The position numbers and the translations under genes were made by a program. From the NCBI GenBank assembly GCA_964199315.1, contig OZ116710.1:18166001-18230000 (forward strand): a stretch of DNA of 64,000 nt, written 5' to 3'. The DNA is from Orbicella franksi. Taxonomy: Eukaryota. The notes under the pieces are model-generated. The model was given only the letters and a program-made list of their open reading frames with translations. It made no database searches and was not told where the DNA came from. Numbering within the stretch: position 1 is the stretch's first letter; each line of letters begins with the position of its first letter. Positions 10,805-22,600 of this stretch are shown piece by piece.

Positions 10805-13800
10805 TCACTTCTTTTTGTATGTCCTGTGAAATTTTCTGGTCGCTCTCTTCCTTAGCATCTCCTCCTGCTCCAAAGCTTCTTGATCCTTCTTTTGTAGCCA
10901 TTCCTCGTACTTCTTAGCAGTCTGCAGGTGTCGCTCATGACCGACACCATCTCTATGTTGCTCGTTCCTTGCCGCTTGCGGAGACGTCGGCCTTGTCCGC
11001 TCCAAGGCTTCTTTGTTGTCAAGCCACTCGGTGAAGGTCATCCGGGAATTTCCATGAGACTGCGGACCCTTCTTTTCGTGCCACGCGACGCGCGTGTCGA
11101 CGTGCGTGCCGACACGTTTGTCCACACGCGCGTCTTTGTTGCTGAGTTCTCTGTGATTAATATTTTCTGCTTCAGTTTCTTCCTCGCTACCGTCAGGTAT
11201 GGAGCCAGACCGTCTTCTTGTTCTCCATTCGTTCCAAGGTAAGTTTTCACGGGGCTGCCCGCGCAGTTTTAATCTTGCACGAAGTTGTGGACTTATCTGA
11301 TAACTGTGAAAATTACACGAGAAAATAATGTTTTTCAGTAACGTGGTTGATGAAAGACTTTTACATGATTCTTTATGTTCAACAGCCGCTTAAAACGAAC
11401 ACACCTTACAAAAGGCTATTTTTCGCATAAAATTCGGCGGAAATTGTATACAAACAAAAACTTTAATTTAAATTTGCTCCTGATTTGCGCTTTGTTTGAA
11501 ATTTTAAAATCTTTTTTGAGTTTTGTTTTCCTTATTTTCAGATAATGGTACTCTAAATGAGACAGAAGGTAATAAAAATCAAAACAGTTTGAAAACGTCC
11601 CGACCGAAAACATACTTTATGAGAAACTAGGGCACTGACATTAACCTGGCTTTCCAGAGTTATCGCTCCTTCCTATCTTTGAGCGATAGACACAGAGGTC
11701 CTGGGAACGATATTGGCGTGACACGTGATGATCTTATGCGCCGCCCGTGTTTTGGGTTTAGAAAGTCTAACTAGTATTCGTACTTTGACCTGAATCTCCA
11801 TTTGATCATGTGATCATCATGCAATAACTCACCCCTTCTCTTCCAGGTCCTCCACTTGCACAGAACCTCTCCTCGTTCGAGTAATCGGCGGGTTTGGTGT
11901 CGGTCTGAACGTGTTGTTTGGCACACTTTTCCTTCTCTGTCTGACTGGAACACTTTTGGCGTATGGCGTGGGCTGGGGACTATATCGGTTTTCTTCTTCA
12001 CTCTGTGACCTTTTAAAAAAGAAGATAGCGGAAGTAAGACAGGGAACCCAATTCAGCTGTACTTATATAAAACATGTATTTAAGATCGTATTGAGGATTC
12101 TTAGAAGCCAACATCTACAACATATCTTGACAAGTAAGTAAATAAGGATAGTAAGCTTTATGTTTTCATCCATTTTCATTCAGTCCAGACAAGTCCATTA
12201 ACATTGTTCCAGATTATGCATCTGTAGATGAAATCTTAGCCCAAATGAAAGCTATTAAGCAGTACTTTTTGTGTTTTCTGTTTTGTCTTATCAAGGTGGT
12301 TTTAAGTGTGGACAAAATCCTCGTATGGGACCATTTAAATGAAAGCTATAGCGCAGTACTTTCATGTGGTAATGTTTATTATGCTGATCAAGTTGGTTCT
12401 AACTTTTAAGTCTGTGAGGAAAACCCTTGCATGCGACCATTCAAGTGAAAGCTATTGAGCAACATTTTCATGTGGTAGTAGATATATCTGTTCATGTCTG
12501 TGGGGATAGAGGATTAATATATAGCAAATAAACTGCCATGTAGTGATGCAATATTGAGGGCAGTTTTTGCGAGGCGACAGGAATGTCTTCCAAAACTTGT
12601 TCCGGTCGAGGAGAGCAGCCATAAATCTTACCTTGGTCTGTCTGAGTACACCTCTCCAGATGACATTGAATCCTCACTGCATATTGATCCTGAACGAGAT
12701 CTGCAAACTGGAGGATGAGGAGCGATAGCTGCTGATCTCATCTCGCCATTCACAGGCCCAGAAGCGCGCACTTGATTAGCCACGTGGGCATCACGTGAAT
12801 CTGAATTCACGGAAGAACTACTGTCTTCGATTTTGATGAGTGGTAATTTTATCTCATTTTTTATCGTTTTGTCTGGTAATACGGGTAGACGCCTTCGTCG
12901 CTGGGTTTTTACCACGCGGTTGATGGGCGCGACTGTCTCTTGGAGCACGCCTTGCTCGTTGTCGCTAACGTCCGATTCGTCTCCACTCAAAGCCGACCGG
13001 TTATGTCGTTGGTTTCTCGTTGCACGGGCCTCCAGTAATGGGCCAGTATTGGAACACCTCTGTGAGGTCCTAATCGGGACCCTTTCTTGCGTTTGTACCA
13101 CTGCTGGTGAACGCCACGATGTTTCGGGTGTTTCCTTATCTTCTGAATAATGTTCTTTCATTGAAACATCGTCACTTGAGGCAACGGGTGAGAAATCATA
13201 ACAAATACTTTCCTGTCCAACAGAAATTGCACATACATCGTTTTGACTTTCCACAGGCGACTTTTCCTCTCCTTTATCCGGGCATGTGATTTCAGCGGCT
13301 TCTTCGCCAGGCTCTTCACCATCTCCCTGTTCCTTAGCAGGTGCCATTAGTCTGATAAGGTTCGGTCTCTCAGTTGCTGAACGCCTCCGTCTTTGCTCCA
13401 CGAACACCTGTTTTCTAAGAAAAGCCCTCCTTGGAATTTTAGGCGAGTGACTCGTGTCTGACTCGTCACCCGACAAGGCAGCTGCCGCAAATTCCTGGGC
13501 TTGGTCCTGCCACAGTTGCAGCACGTATCTTGCAGAAATGGGAGACTCTTCTTCTTTAAAGTGCACAGCGGTGGACTCTGTTTCCTTGGATTCCACACCT
13601 GACGATTCTTTTTCCTTAGATTCCACAGCGGCCGACCCTTTTTCCTTGATTTCCGGAGCGGTCGTTCCTTCCTCTTTAGATTCCACTGCAGTTGTCCCTT
13701 GTTCCTTAGGTTCCAAAACGGACGACTCTGGTTTGGGCTCCGCAGAGGTCGCCTCTTCGGCTTCCTCTTCACGGTTAGCTGCAAGTTCATCGAGGTTTGG

Positions 13801-15531
13801 TCTTGACGCTATTGATCGTCGTCTCCTCTGCTCCACAATAGACTTCTTCCTAAGCTGAGCTCTTCGAAGAGGTTTTGGAGAAGCTGTTGGCAAGGTAGCC
13901 TGATCTTTCTGATCTTCCACATTGGTCGCACTGACTTGTTTCTCGCGAGACTCGTTCGTGAGCCCCTCGCGAGATTGTTCGTTGTCGTGTGACTCGTTCG
14001 TGAGCACTTCGCTGTCTCGTTGCTCGCTCACAATGCCTTCGCTATTTTGTCCTTGAAGCGGAGAGCTGTTTTCAGACCTCATCGCCAAAAGCAATTCCAA
14101 ATTTGGTCGTTCCGTTGTAGACTTCTTTCTCCGACTGTCAATAATACTCTGTTTTCGGAGCTGGGCACGCCTCGGTGGTTTGGGCCAGTGGCTGGAGTCA
14201 GCATCGTCGTCTGCAGATGGGTCAGCGGACAATACTGACGCGTTTTTAACGTCCTCTGGTTCATCTGCTGCTAAATTTGACGCCTGGTTTGTTGTTGTTT
14301 CGATTGGAGGCGTTTTACCCTGTGTAAACAAACTCTCATTCCAAAGCATCTCCGTGACGTGATTCGCATCTTTTCCGGTGCTTTGATTATTACTACTGTA
14401 ATAACCTGTGTCACTCTTTTGTCCACATCCCTGTTCAAAGGAGCTTAAGCTGTTAGGATTTGCATTGATCTGTGGCTCATCAAGCTTAGATGAACTGTCT
14501 AAACTGACAGCCAACGAGTCCTGACCCTTTGTGGCGTCGTAATCCTCGATGTTTACTTTCGTGACCGAAGGAAGACTTTCACCAGAGTTATGAGTAAAAA
14601 AATCGGTCTGTGTATAATTCATTCTGATCTTCTCTCCTGGCGGTTCATCTGAGTCGAGATCCAGGTCTCCGATTTTGTTGCTAATATTTTCATCGGATTG
14701 AGAGTTGCTATCGTCCCCATCATTAGAGTCACCGTCCCCGCTAACCACATCTGAAATATTTATATTGTTTTGCTCGAGGTTGTCCCAGTAATGATTAGAA
14801 AAGCTGGAATGTTTCGCATCACGCCGGTGGAGCTCGAGATAAACGTTTAAGAACTTCACAATATCTCCGGTTTCACCGTACAGTTTTATGGCCATTTTTA
14901 CCGGCGTTTCGCCAGTATTGTCGGGTGCTTCTAACAAAGCGTTGCCCTCGTTCATAAGAATATTTGCCACGCAACTTGTACTACCACCAGAAACTGCAGC
15001 GTGAAGCAGATTTCTCCCACTCAACTTAGTTTTGCTGTGTAGGTTCATTTTCCCTCCCGCAAACGCTGCGAACATCAGATTGTGGTTTCCCTTCACTGCG
15101 CCGATGAAAGCGGCTGTGAAGCTTCGTTCCTCGCGCGAAACCTGGCTCATTTTGACGTAGATTCTCTTTCTTACTTGTTGTGTGTCTCCCTTATAACACG
15201 TGGAAACAAATTTCTGCCACCACTGTGGGACTGTTACTCTCAATGTGCAGCCGTCCGTTATGCCGAGATTTGCAACGGTGTCCTCGTTACAGAGATCTTT
15301 GTTCTGTAGTCTTATAAGCTGTAGGTCGGACGGGATGCCACAAAGGAGCTCACAGTCAATTTTAATATCCTTTATCATTGCATTGTCTCCTGCGCTTATC
15401 TTAAACGTCTCTCCTTCTGGCGTTAGAATGTCAATAGCTCTGCTTCTAAAAGCGTTCTCATCAGCTTTATTGCCTGTATCACCGTCCATAATGCTTATCT
15501 GGTCACTGCTATCCACTTTGGAACAAACCAT
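10805..15531 (-). CDS. ANKUB1-like paralogue 2: UBL + ankyrin + very long repeat-containing IDR + W-repeat C-terminus; 3 exons, about 1191 aa
   Basis: Exon 1 15531-12632 (CCA AG|gtaaga). Exon 2 12009-11833 (tttaaaag|G TCA CAG...AAG GG|gtgagt; 177 nt, phase 2-2). Exon 3 11303-10805 (tttcacag|T TAT CAG...TGA). The frame is continuous through ...LPWNEWR...MTFTEWLDNKE...KYEEWLQKKDQEAL. The UBL IDILTPEGETFKI..IKDIK..CGIPSDLQLI..DLCNEDTVANLGITDGCTLRV is clearly ubiquitin-like. Confidence 0.85.
12220..12480. repeat. Tandem repeat of about 100 bp (2.5 units; tgaaagctattgagcagtactttcatgtggt family); single partial copies at about 4657-4700 and 54090-54160
   Basis: (a/g)tgaaagctat starts at 12245, 12339 and 12445. 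Confidence 0.8.
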
Positions 15532-18138
15532 TGATCTGGTTCACTCGACTCGAGGTAACGTTCACCAACCGTAAACCGCAGTTGTGTCTTTGAAGAGTTT
15601 GTGATGTGTTTAATCTAATCAATCTTGTCAACCAAAGACGTTGTTTCTCGGTCCTCGTGGCATACTCGTGTTGCAAGTTGTCGTGTTTTTAAGCCACTAA
15701 TTCCCTTTCAGATGAAACCCGAGATGCTCTGTAAACGTTATTTCCTTGTCACCCTAAGGTGTCGCCTAAAGAGCAGTTTAACAGTTTTGCTAATAACTTC
15801 AGCACCGTCGGAGATCGGTCAAGCGATAAGAAAATCACTTCTTGTGTACAGTGATCGATGCTTTGAAATGGTCTCTACACGTGTAGTGTTAGAGAAGAAA
15901 TTTCTTGGAGTACCGGGTTACGTTGCCAAGGATGTTAGCAGAGTTGAAATATTTTTAAACGACTTGCAAAGGCAGGCGCTTTCTGTGTTCGTTATACTCG
16001 TCTTGATAAACAACTCGTCTTGTAGAAGTTCGTCAAATGGCACGTACTAATCTTATTAATGATGATTGGTCGTAGATTGCTGTGGCAATTAAAACTGAGC
16101 TCTATTCAGCATTAACACCGGACACTTCGATATTGCTTCAATCTGGTTGCGTGACTTGGTTTCTAGCACGAATTGTTCGAAGTTGTTGCTGACTTTTCAT
16201 TAGAAGTGATTCCACTGATCCGCGACATTTATTCAAAAGCATAAACATTTTTTGAAGCTAATATGCGATCTATTGTTCCCCGCGACAATCAATGACAAGA
16301 GAGGCGCCTTAATTGACAAGTGCATTGTGCTAAACACATTGAGCACCACTAGAATAGATTGTATAGTGTAAAGACTGCGCCCAAACAGAAAAAAACAAGA
16401 GTGTTCGAAAAAAACAACCAGTCCAAACAGCGTTTGCTTTCTTGGGAGGAAACGTAGGTGCACAGTTTACTAACAACTTAAAAACCAGAATCAATTATTA
16501 AAATGAACCACACAAAACTTTTTATCATTATCTTTTTTTAACATTCCCGTAGGTTTTGTCTTTGTTATTCAATTAGAACCTTAATGTCATTTCCGATAAG
16601 TTTTCTTCCACGTCAGCAAAATATTGCTGTTTTCTTCTTGTTTTAAAAGAGGGCTTTTTCCCCGGCCCTGTGTTTGATTTAGTAAAAATACTTCTGAAGT
16701 TTTGCATAAAGGATCCCGTGCAAATTGATCCAGAGCTACAGTACGCTGTTCTTTCTAGCTTTTTTTGTGAGCAAAATCTCGCTGTTTTCTTTCTTCGATA
16801 AGGACAAACAGTGTATTGTCGTTTATGACGCGCGGTTAATTTTGGGCAAAATGTTGTTTGAAAAGTTAGTGGACATTTTATGATTTAAAAGGGATATTAG
16901 GGGATAATTGTACTCGGAATTCAACAGATGGATGACACGGGCAGCGTTCAGCAGTGTTAAAATTCCGATTTGCCCTTTTCCGCAAAGAGGAACGTAAAAT
17001 TCTGTTCACGTTGCAAAATGTTATTTTTACTTCTCAGGAATTCACGTTGAAACAGTCTTCAAATAAACCGTCACAAAGATGACGTGTTTAGGGTCACGAC
17101 ATCTTGGCACATCTCCATTGAACCGTGAAGCGTCGTTTTAAGGCTTGGTCTTCATTTGTAAAGATTTCTTGCTAGGACTTATTTGATTCATCTTATGAAT
17201 GTGAGCAAGTTGAAGTCTAAAATAACGTTTTCAGGTTTGAAATTTTATGAGGGACTTGTCACGTAATGCACATGTGAGGTTAGCCAATGAGAGAGTGGCC
17301 ACTGAATTTACTTAAGTTACTAACTTATGCTCGTAACAGAAAATGCAAATTTCAGCTGCGAACAGCGCAGGACAGAAATTTTTAAAAAAAATGTTTCTGC
17401 GTAGATTGAGCAAGTGGTGTTTGGACAGCATTTGTCTTGAATCAGAGCTGTCAACCCTCCGAGACAGTTCAGACTACAGCTAAAAAGGTGAAACTTGCGG
17501 CCAATTTGACCAAGTAGTCTAAGTTCGAGAAATGCTCTCTTGCCGCCGAACAAGGACTCCAAAAATACAGGAATGAGAGAAGGTTTGGCTTAAATCTGTC
17601 GTTCGTGGGCAGAGGATCATATAACGACCGTGGTCCATTTTTTCAAGCACAGATCCAAGCAAAACATGATTGTTTTTGTTTTCATCAACTGAAAGGGTCT
17701 TTATAGTCAGGGTTAAACCTTTCTGGACCTTTCGATAAGAACCCAGCCCTCCCCGTTCGGCGCCTGAAGAATGAAAGCGCGGGAAAAGTCGCGTGTTTGG
17801 TGTTGGTTTGACGCCTGATTGGCCGAGCGGGAAAAATGGTACCACTGGTGGAAATGACTTTCCCCGAAAGAAAAATAAACTGTTTAAACGCTAGCCATTT
17901 TCACAAAGGTAAAAGAACACACGAACAATTTGAGAAGACTTTGAGCAGTCAGGGACACAAGGGAAGCCAGTTACTAAATAACAAAATTAACAGAACATCG
18001 TCCTTATGATTTGAAACATTAGTTTATTCAAGTCTGTCTGAATCTAACCTTGTCAACTCTAAATTACGTTTCAATGTAGCTAAGAACGCGCAGAATGTGT
18101 CACTAACAATAGCCTAGACTAAAACCACGAAGCTGTAA

Positions 18139-18413
18139 TAGAGCGGTTTTCATTTGAGTGTCGAGAAGTAATTGGTTTTGCATCAACTATGCTACAAGAT
18201 TGGCTTAAAAAACTCGCGCCGCGTTTTCATCTACTCAGAAGTAAAAGCAAAACCAATTGTAACTCACTCGCACGCGTTTTGCCGCGCTCTGCGTCAGCTA
18301 CATGTAATTACTTCGAGCTTTGATTGGTTCACTGGATTGTCTGTGTCCTTTGTGTTTGGTTAAAGTGATTACTCTGGTTTTAGTTTTACGACATTCAATT
18401 GAAAACTGCTCTA
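18139..18413. mobile_element. MITE, TAGAGCGGTTTTCA-terminus family (275 bp)
   Basis: TIRs tagagcggttttcatttgagtgtcg and cgacattcaattgaaaactgctcta. The interior is collinear with 63680-63952. Confidence 0.85.
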
Positions 18414-18645
18414 TATAACAAACTACGTATAACTGCATTCGTCTATCTCCGAACCAATAAGATTTTTACATGTACAACTGATTTCGAAAACGTGTTGTGT
18501 GATTAGAATAAATAAGCTAATAACCGACCAACACAATTACGGTTTTCTGGTGAATTAAGTCTACTTTCTGGGAATTCCTATGGCTTTTGATTTGTGTTCT
18601 GAACTAAGCGCTCCCTATTTACAAGCGAAAAACAGAGGCTAAGCT

Positions 18646-18800
18646 ACAATCTTGACCACAATAAAATAAGAAATAAAACCACCCCTCCCCCCCCGAATCA
18701 ATGATGAACTGGCACTAAACCCAAAGCGCGCCATTTTTCCCATCATCGAAATGTGGGAAGAGGTGGTCTTAATTTTTGATTTTAATTGTCCAGGCTGGTA
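18646..18800. repeat. Imperfect hairpin / MITE related to the 304-587 element
   Basis: ctacaatcttgaccacaataaaataagaaataaaaccacccctcc versus the reverse complement of the right arm, ctaccagcctggacaattaaaatcaaaaattaagaccacctcttcc. Confidence 0.45.
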
Positions 18801-19646
18801 GGTCGCACTTTTCTAGGTGACTTTCTCTAGAGGTCAAGCCTTATGGTTTCAATCAACGAATTTCAAAGAAGCTGTGCAAAAAAAACACACACACACACAA
18901 AACAAAGAAGTAACAATAGACCGAAAAGAAAAGTTATTGATAAGACTTAACGAAGAAAAGCTGTCTTACATTCTCATTCCATGTCCTAGCCTTAGAATGG
19001 TTGTCATAAGGCTTCTGAAATTAGTATACTAACCGATAAGTTTGGGGTTTACTTAATTTTGTGTTGATCTACGATTTCAAACAGAATTTCCAGCCGACTT
19101 TCTTGATTTATAAAGCATAGAAACAATAAAGAGAACTAAAATCAGTTCCTGTACGAAAAGGTTATGTAACAAAGTCTGGAAACCTTTAAATCCGTCTTTT
19201 TGAACGTCAAGGGTCATTTCTTGATATCAGAAAGCTTGGGTTTTTTTTTTTTTTTTTCTTTCAATTTACTTTTAGTATAGATTTTCACATTCGCGATGCC
19301 TGCGACATCACCTAAACGTACTAGGATTATTTGAAACGAAGACGAAGCCTTAAAATCGCAAAGCTAAACCAATCAAAACGCCAAGGAGACACACATGACA
19401 CCCGCAGTTGCAAGCGCGGGAAAAATCACGTGCACGTGGTTAAGTTGTGCTCTAACTGAATCTAATTGGCAAATACTATTACTTCTCTGCTCTGATTGGT
19501 AAAAGAACACTGCACGAGAGTTTTGGACCAGTCAGAGAACTAGGCTGCAGAAGCACGAACTGTTGGAAATACAGAAAAGCATCAGAAAACCACTGTTTTA
19601 CACTACTTACTAAAAGGCACGCACCTACCTACACCAACAGCAAAAG

Positions 19647-22600
19647 TTACTTTACAGTTTTAAATCTATGTTTATTTAATCCTGGGCGCGGCACTGCTCG
19701 TTCTTCCACAGGCAAGCTCTGCGTTCGGCCCACCGTCTGTTTACAGTTTTTCTTCAGCTCATCTTGTTCCTCCCACTTCTTTTTCATAAGTTCGTGTTGC
19801 TGTTTCGCCAGCTGTTCCTTCTTCTCTTCCATTAGCAAGGCGTCCCTCTCTTTCTGCATCAGCCATTTGCTGTACTCGGCCTGAGACATCCTCCTTCGGT
19901 GGTATTTCTTGTCTTGCTCGAGTTTTTGTTGGCTTTCTATATCTTTTTCCCTTTCTTTCTCCCTTTCGAGTTCTCTCTGCTTATCCTCCATCCACTCCTC
20001 GAACGATTTCCCCTTGAGTAGCTTAGCTTGTTTTTCGTTCGTCTTCGCTTCCTCCTGCGCGTTTGCGAAGAGGTTCCTCAAGTGATTAAGCTCTTTTTCG
20101 GATATCCATTGTTGAAATGACATTCTCCGCGGATTGTTCGGGTCCGGCGCAGATTCTTGGTTCATAGGCTGCAGTGATTCTTTTCTAACTGCAATCCACG
20201 CATTCCAGGGCCGGTCAAGTCGTTCTTCCTCGTCCATATCTTTGAAACAACGATGTTCTCGGAGGGAATCTGCTAGGCTTACCTCGCAAATCGATCTGAA
20301 ACACAAAAGCGGAAACAGGACTTAGCCTCTAAGGAAACTCGTGAGCTTCGTCGGCAAGCAAGTAAATGAACCACGCGTGGAAAAAAATATTCATTTTAAA
20401 ATTCAAAAGAAAAAGAAAAATTTACACAGTCTCCTCTTGTTGCCATACCTAATGAAACGTGAGGGCTTATTTCTCAGTCATAATTCAAGATCTTGTTATT
20501 TCCAAGTTGAGAGTAATGTGTATCTTTCAGGGAGCGTTTTATGAATAACATATCCACTGCAACTATTTGACTTGTATCCAGGTTTGTTGGAGGAATCATG
20601 GGATTGTAAAGGAGCAACAGAGGCATTTGTGTAAAGCAGATTACGGTGTTGTTTTGAAACTCGATCACAAAGATCTTTTGATGTCTCTGGGATGAAGTGT
20701 TTATTTCTACGCAGGACCCGCCGTGTGAGAACTTAACAACCGTGTGAACACGTTTCCAATTAGTAGACACATTTCAGGTCAAGAGATTTTCCGTAACTGA
20801 GATGGAAATCAGTGTCTAACCGCCGATGACCCCCTGAATATTTTCCTCCGTAAATGAAAACGCGTCCACAAACGTTGTTTTGAAGCGTGGAGCAGTTGAG
20901 ACGAGTGTCGAATGATTTTTTCCTGAAACAAACTGCGCCGACTGTAGGTAATTGTCGATCTACAGGTTGTTTAACAGACTGGATTGGTTAGCAAGCCCGG
21001 ATTCTATGGCAGATACCCAAATTGAAGTTTGTGGATGGAATTGGCCTCACTCAGATTAGAATTATTAATTTAGCGGTATAAGCGTATAATGTCTATAATA
21101 CACAGAGGAAATTTATGCATAAGACCGCAGTAATTAGATAAACGATCACCGTTACTAGAGATACCGAATTATATTGTTGCTCCGCCGAAAGTGTTCAACA
21201 ATAATTAAAAACTACTTTATAACCAATCACTCACAAAAAGAAAATATCAATGTAAACTAAATTAAATGGCTTACACATTTTGAAACCGGCGCTTTCACGA
21301 AGTGGACGAAGTATATAACAAGAAGTACATAACAAATTTTCTCTTTGATTAACCCCCGTATCACTGTTTAATAGCTCGCATCCGTTTCCTTATCGTTGTT
21401 GAGGCATACAGAATTCTTTGACAAATTACTGATCAATCAGTTTACATTTCCTCGGCTGTTCCGTTAGTTCGTGACGTCATTTGGCATTCATCCTTCCAGC
21501 TGAAGGTCGGTTTTTCTTCAAGGTAATTCCTTCGAGTCAAACATTCCAGAATCGTTTAATATTCTCGTGTGCTTCTGGCCGCACACGGCCAAGAAACCTG
21601 GCGAATTTTTTAAGTAACAAAATCCAGGGGCTCTGATTGAAAAACAAGTTTGATTTGAACAGAAGTGACAAGTATTCGAACTCGTAACAAACATTGCGAC
21701 GTTCTGTAAAATTGCTTCAAAACTACCGACGATATTACTATAAGATTCCGCCCTGATCGCTGTATTATTGTAGTGACATAACATTGCCAAACGATTGCTT
21801 ATCGTCAACAATTGTTGTTTGGTTGTAGATTTTCTTAAAGATGACTGAGTCTTAGTCCAGAAGTTATTAACTAAACTACGAGGAATAAAGTTTAGAGTCG
21901 TTCATTTTTCAGCGTTATCTTACAGTTTCGTCTTGACAGAATGGTTAGCAGAAATCAGCTGTTTAGATCTTGCCACTTCAAAAGACCTAAACTACTGATT
22001 ATAATTATCTCGAGGTCATGTCGTGAGAGCGTTTGCTAATCGCACTTAAATACGTTTACAATTGTAAAGCACGCTATTTAGAGAAAATTCAAATGCGTTT
22101 TCATGGGAAAACGAGAGTCTGTGACTAAAAGAAAAGTAATTTCAATTTTTACGAATTTGCGTTAAGGTTAATTTAGTAAAAACTCTGCAGAACGAAACAA
22201 TGAAAGCCAAACTGATCAGTGATAAATTTCGCTTTGTTTAACTTCAAAAGATCTTGGGCCATTAATCTTTGGCAGCCGATATATCAGGCTTTGGGTGCTA
22301 AAGAAGACATAGCTTTTAAAGCTGTGCCTAATACTTTACTTTTCAGTACAACATTGTGTATCAACGTTTGGTTTTTAAGTTCCCAAAATGGAAAATAGGC
22401 CACCACGTTTTTCTTTTGTTAGGAATGTTATTGTGCATTATTATTCTCCCATCCTACACTCGGTTATCACAAAATCTGATTAACTAACAGTTATACCATT
22501 TCAAACCGTGTCACGTTTTCAAGCACTCGACCACCTGTGTAAAGTCCTCCGGAAAGCCTTACCTAAATTTAACCTCGTTGACGGTGGCAGATCTAGATCC

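Noticed and set aside
15540-16300. RFX X-box-like sequences upstream of the ANKUB1-like genes (e.g. GTTCCCCGCGACAAT near 16276)
   Set aside because: The matches to GTNRCC-N0-3-RGYAAC are partial and TSS positions are unknown; a PWM scan with cross-species conservation would be needed.
17519-17845. 108-aa minus-strand ORF between paralogues 2 and 3
   Set aside because: No recognisable motif, no convincing splice sites, and it starts with a non-ATG or weak context.
20474-20770. 98-aa minus-strand ORF in the paralogue 3 intron
   Set aside because: No phase-compatible splice sites or family motifs were identified.
21430-21530. Possible phase 2-2 cassette exon for paralogue 3 (NYLEEKPTFSWKDECQMTSRTNGTAEE)
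   Set aside because: The acceptor is AAG with a poor pyrimidine tract and the donor is weak; it cannot be supported without transcripts.
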